Assembly (NCBI GenBank): GCA_965287045.1
Contig: OZ336881.1
Location: 43,462,001 to 43,526,000 of the forward strand
Length of the DNA stretch: 64,000 bases
Direction: 5' to 3'
From: Carcharhinus amblyrhynchos
Lineage: Eukaryota
Below, one piece after another: positions 61,847 through 64,000 of this stretch; within the stretch, counting starts at the first letter, position 1, and the number at the start of each line of letters is the position of its first letter. A program made the translations under genes and the position numbers. The notes beneath the pieces are model-generated. The model made no database searches and was not told the origin of the DNA. It saw only the letters and a list, made by a program, of their open reading frames with translations.

Positions 61847-61989
61847 TCTGTCTTTAATTGGAGCCTGATGCTAATCATGAATATTTACATACCCAATAGA
61901 CAGTCCTCTGCACTAACTTCCTCTGTTTTCTCAGAGTTTAGTAGAGAATGTTAAATGCTCTATTTTGAGGAGATTTCTGGGAATTGATT

Positions 61990-62520
61990 ACATAGACCGT
62001 ACAGCAGAGGATCAGGCCTAAACTGTCCATGCCAATATTTATGCTTAACTTAAATCTTCTCCTATTTTTCCTCATCGAACTCTATCAGCATGAACTTCCA
62101 CTTACTTCTTCCTGATGTGTTTACCTAACCTTCCCTTAAATACATTGATGTCATTCATCTCAACTGCTGCATGTTGCAGTGAGTTCCACATGCTCTCCAG
62201 GTAAAGATTTTTCTCTGAATTCCCAATTTGTTTTCTTGGTTACTATCTTATCTCAACCATTTCTACATTTGTTTTTTCCTACAAGTGAAAACACTCTCTT
62301 TACATCATTTCCATCAAAACCATTCATAATTTACTATATCTCTATGAGGTCACCCCTCAGCTTCTTCTTTTCAAGAGAAATTAGACCCACGCTGCTGACT
62401 TTTTCCAGATGGGTATAGTATCACATTTTAGATACGCTGAATCTTTTTTGTGCTCTCTTATGTGCCTCTGTATCCTTTTTATAATAGGTAACCAGAATTG
62501 TACGCAGTTGCCAAATTTGA
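61990..62520 (-). mobile_element. Decayed CR1 3' end
   Basis: gaggtcacccctcagcttcttc..ggtaaccagaattgtacgcag antisense CR1 motifs. Confidence 0.65.
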
Positions 62521-62620
62521 TCTAAGAAGAGTCATATGGACTTGAAACATTAACTCTTATTTTTTTCTCACCATTGCTATTGCCACAGCTGTTGACTTTT
62601 TCTAGCATTTACTGTTTTTA
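62521..62620 (+). mobile_element. Second Penelope-type terminal repeat, decayed hammerhead motif
   Basis: tctaagaagagtcatatggacttgaaacattaactc. Confidence 0.55.
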
Positions 62621-62659
62621 TCACAATAGATGATGTTGACCAGGTTACTAGACTTTTGA

Positions 62660-63110
62660 ATTTGTGGCAATCTCAGTTTTTCTGAGAGTACAGCGTACAA
62701 TCGATTGTACACATGTGGCTTTCAGAGCTCCCTGGCAGCAGTTCCTGATCTTCATCAACAGAAAGAGTTCCACTCCCCAAATGTTCCACTCATGTCTGAC
62801 CATATTCGTGCCAGGCACCCTGGGAGTTCCCATGACTCAGCCATCCTGAGATACTCTCAGGTGCCTGAGATATTCAAAGGACTGTGGCACTTGATGATAC
62901 GGGGGACTTGCTGAAACCAAGGCTCATTGCATCATCCTCAAAGTGTCTTGGAGGTGAGATACACTGAGGTACATTGTTCGACAAGATCTATCAGAGAGCA
63001 GACCACTGGTTTCCTGAAAATGCATTTCCGATGCTTGGATCATTTAGGTGGGTCTCTGCAGTATTCTTCAGAGAGAGTGTCCCATACCATCATGCCTTAC
63101 GCAGTCGGGA
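62660..63110 (+). pseudogene. Harbinger DDE transposase remnant (element end near 63520)
   Basis: TIDCTHVAFRAPW..FINRK.FHSPNV..ARHPGSSHDSAILR, EVRYTEVHCSTRSIREQTTGFLKMHFRCLDHLGGSLQYS; terminal gaaaaattgtggcc. Confidence 0.9.
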
Positions 63111-63804
63111 GCTTCAAAATGGAGACCACTTGTCAGAGACAGGCACTCCCCAACAATGTCCCCAATCACCCAGGGACTTGTCTGGTCTCCAAGCTCCTAG
63201 CATGTCATTGCGCCTGGTCTCCATTTGTGGGGCCATTTGTGATTCTTGCCAGATTCCTGCTGTACCTGAGAGTTGGAGAATCCCGGGAGCAGGGAGATCC
63301 TGATCTCAAATGGATTCAGCCTATTTAAATACTCATTTAAATATGCTAATCTGGTTTCCGCCCTTACTGGGCAGGAACCAGATTATGTCTGGGTGGAGTG
63401 ACTGGGAGGATTCCAATAGGTTTAGTGCCAACACTGAACATGCTAAACCCCTCACCCATGATTCTTCGACCCTGCCCCACTCCAATGCAATCAGCGCCGG
63501 GCAGCCGAAAAATTGTGGCCAATATATCAGATTGATTAACTGGGAGAAGTTAAAAATGTAACAAATCATCTGTTCCCAGTTCTGATAAAGCGTCAGCACA
63601 GAGGGAGACTATTCAGCACAGGGTGTCTGTGCTGGCTGTAGTGCCATTCCCTCCGCCTTCTCCCTGTGTATATTCTTCCTTTTCAGATAATAATCCAATC
63701 TGCTCTCACATGTCTTGATTGAACCTGTCTCTACCGCACTCTCAGGCAGTGCATTCTAGACTTTAATCACTTGCTGCGTGAAACTTGTTAACGTCGATCA
63801 TGAC

Positions 63805-63993
63805 TCTCTGGCTGTTCACGCCAGCAGGATCTTACGGTCCTGCCCATGGCATGCCCTCACAGCCAGCTTCCCGGCGATGAAGGGTGTATTCCTGTTGAAA
63901 ACAGCGAGACCAGAGGATCCTGCCACCAGCCAAAGGGGGGGCCATCTCTTGTTAATGTGAAACACGACGCGCAGTGTTCGGTAAAACCCTCCC
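63805..63993. mobile_element. MITE fragment
   Basis: gcaggatcttacggtcc..gaggatcctgcc..ggtaaaaccctccc, related to 29573-29763. Confidence 0.45.
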
Positions 63994-64000
63994 ATTGTTT

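Noticed and set aside
62660-63328. Domesticated HARBI1 host gene
   Set aside because: Multiple frameshifts and deletions plus a nearby TIR indicate a dead transposon copy.

Overview
Eukaryotic, repeat-dense, essentially non-coding DNA. The repeat inventory (HE1-type V-SINEs, a DeuSINE/SacSINE1-like element, CR1 LINEs, Rex1, L2/Crack-type LINE tails, PIF/Harbinger elements, Penelope-like elements) points to a cartilaginous fish, probably a shark. This is inferred from family recognition; no database search was run. I recognise no host protein-coding exon, so the window looks like a very long intron or an intergenic region. Every recognisable protein-like ORF is transposon-derived: CR1 RT, CR1 ORF1 esterase, Harbinger DDE transposase, Harbinger Myb/SANT partner, Penelope GIY-YIG, RTE and Rex1 RT tails. 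Most notable: (1) three Penelope-type insertions with 11-15 bp target-site duplications and 5' inversions that carry minimal hammerhead-ribozyme motifs, two of them only about 110-130 bp long; (2) two independent cases where 110-220 bp of DNA from about 540-590 bp upstream was copied into the middle of a LINE 3' end; (3) a V-SINE subfamily whose 3' tail resembles the Rex1 terminal stem-loop; (4) a four-layer nested insertion; (5) a minus-strand AG|GTAAGT site that could be a recursive splice site, next to a CpG-retaining C/EBP-ATF motif pair. Repeat boundaries were placed by eye and are approximate to tens of bp unless a TSD is quoted.
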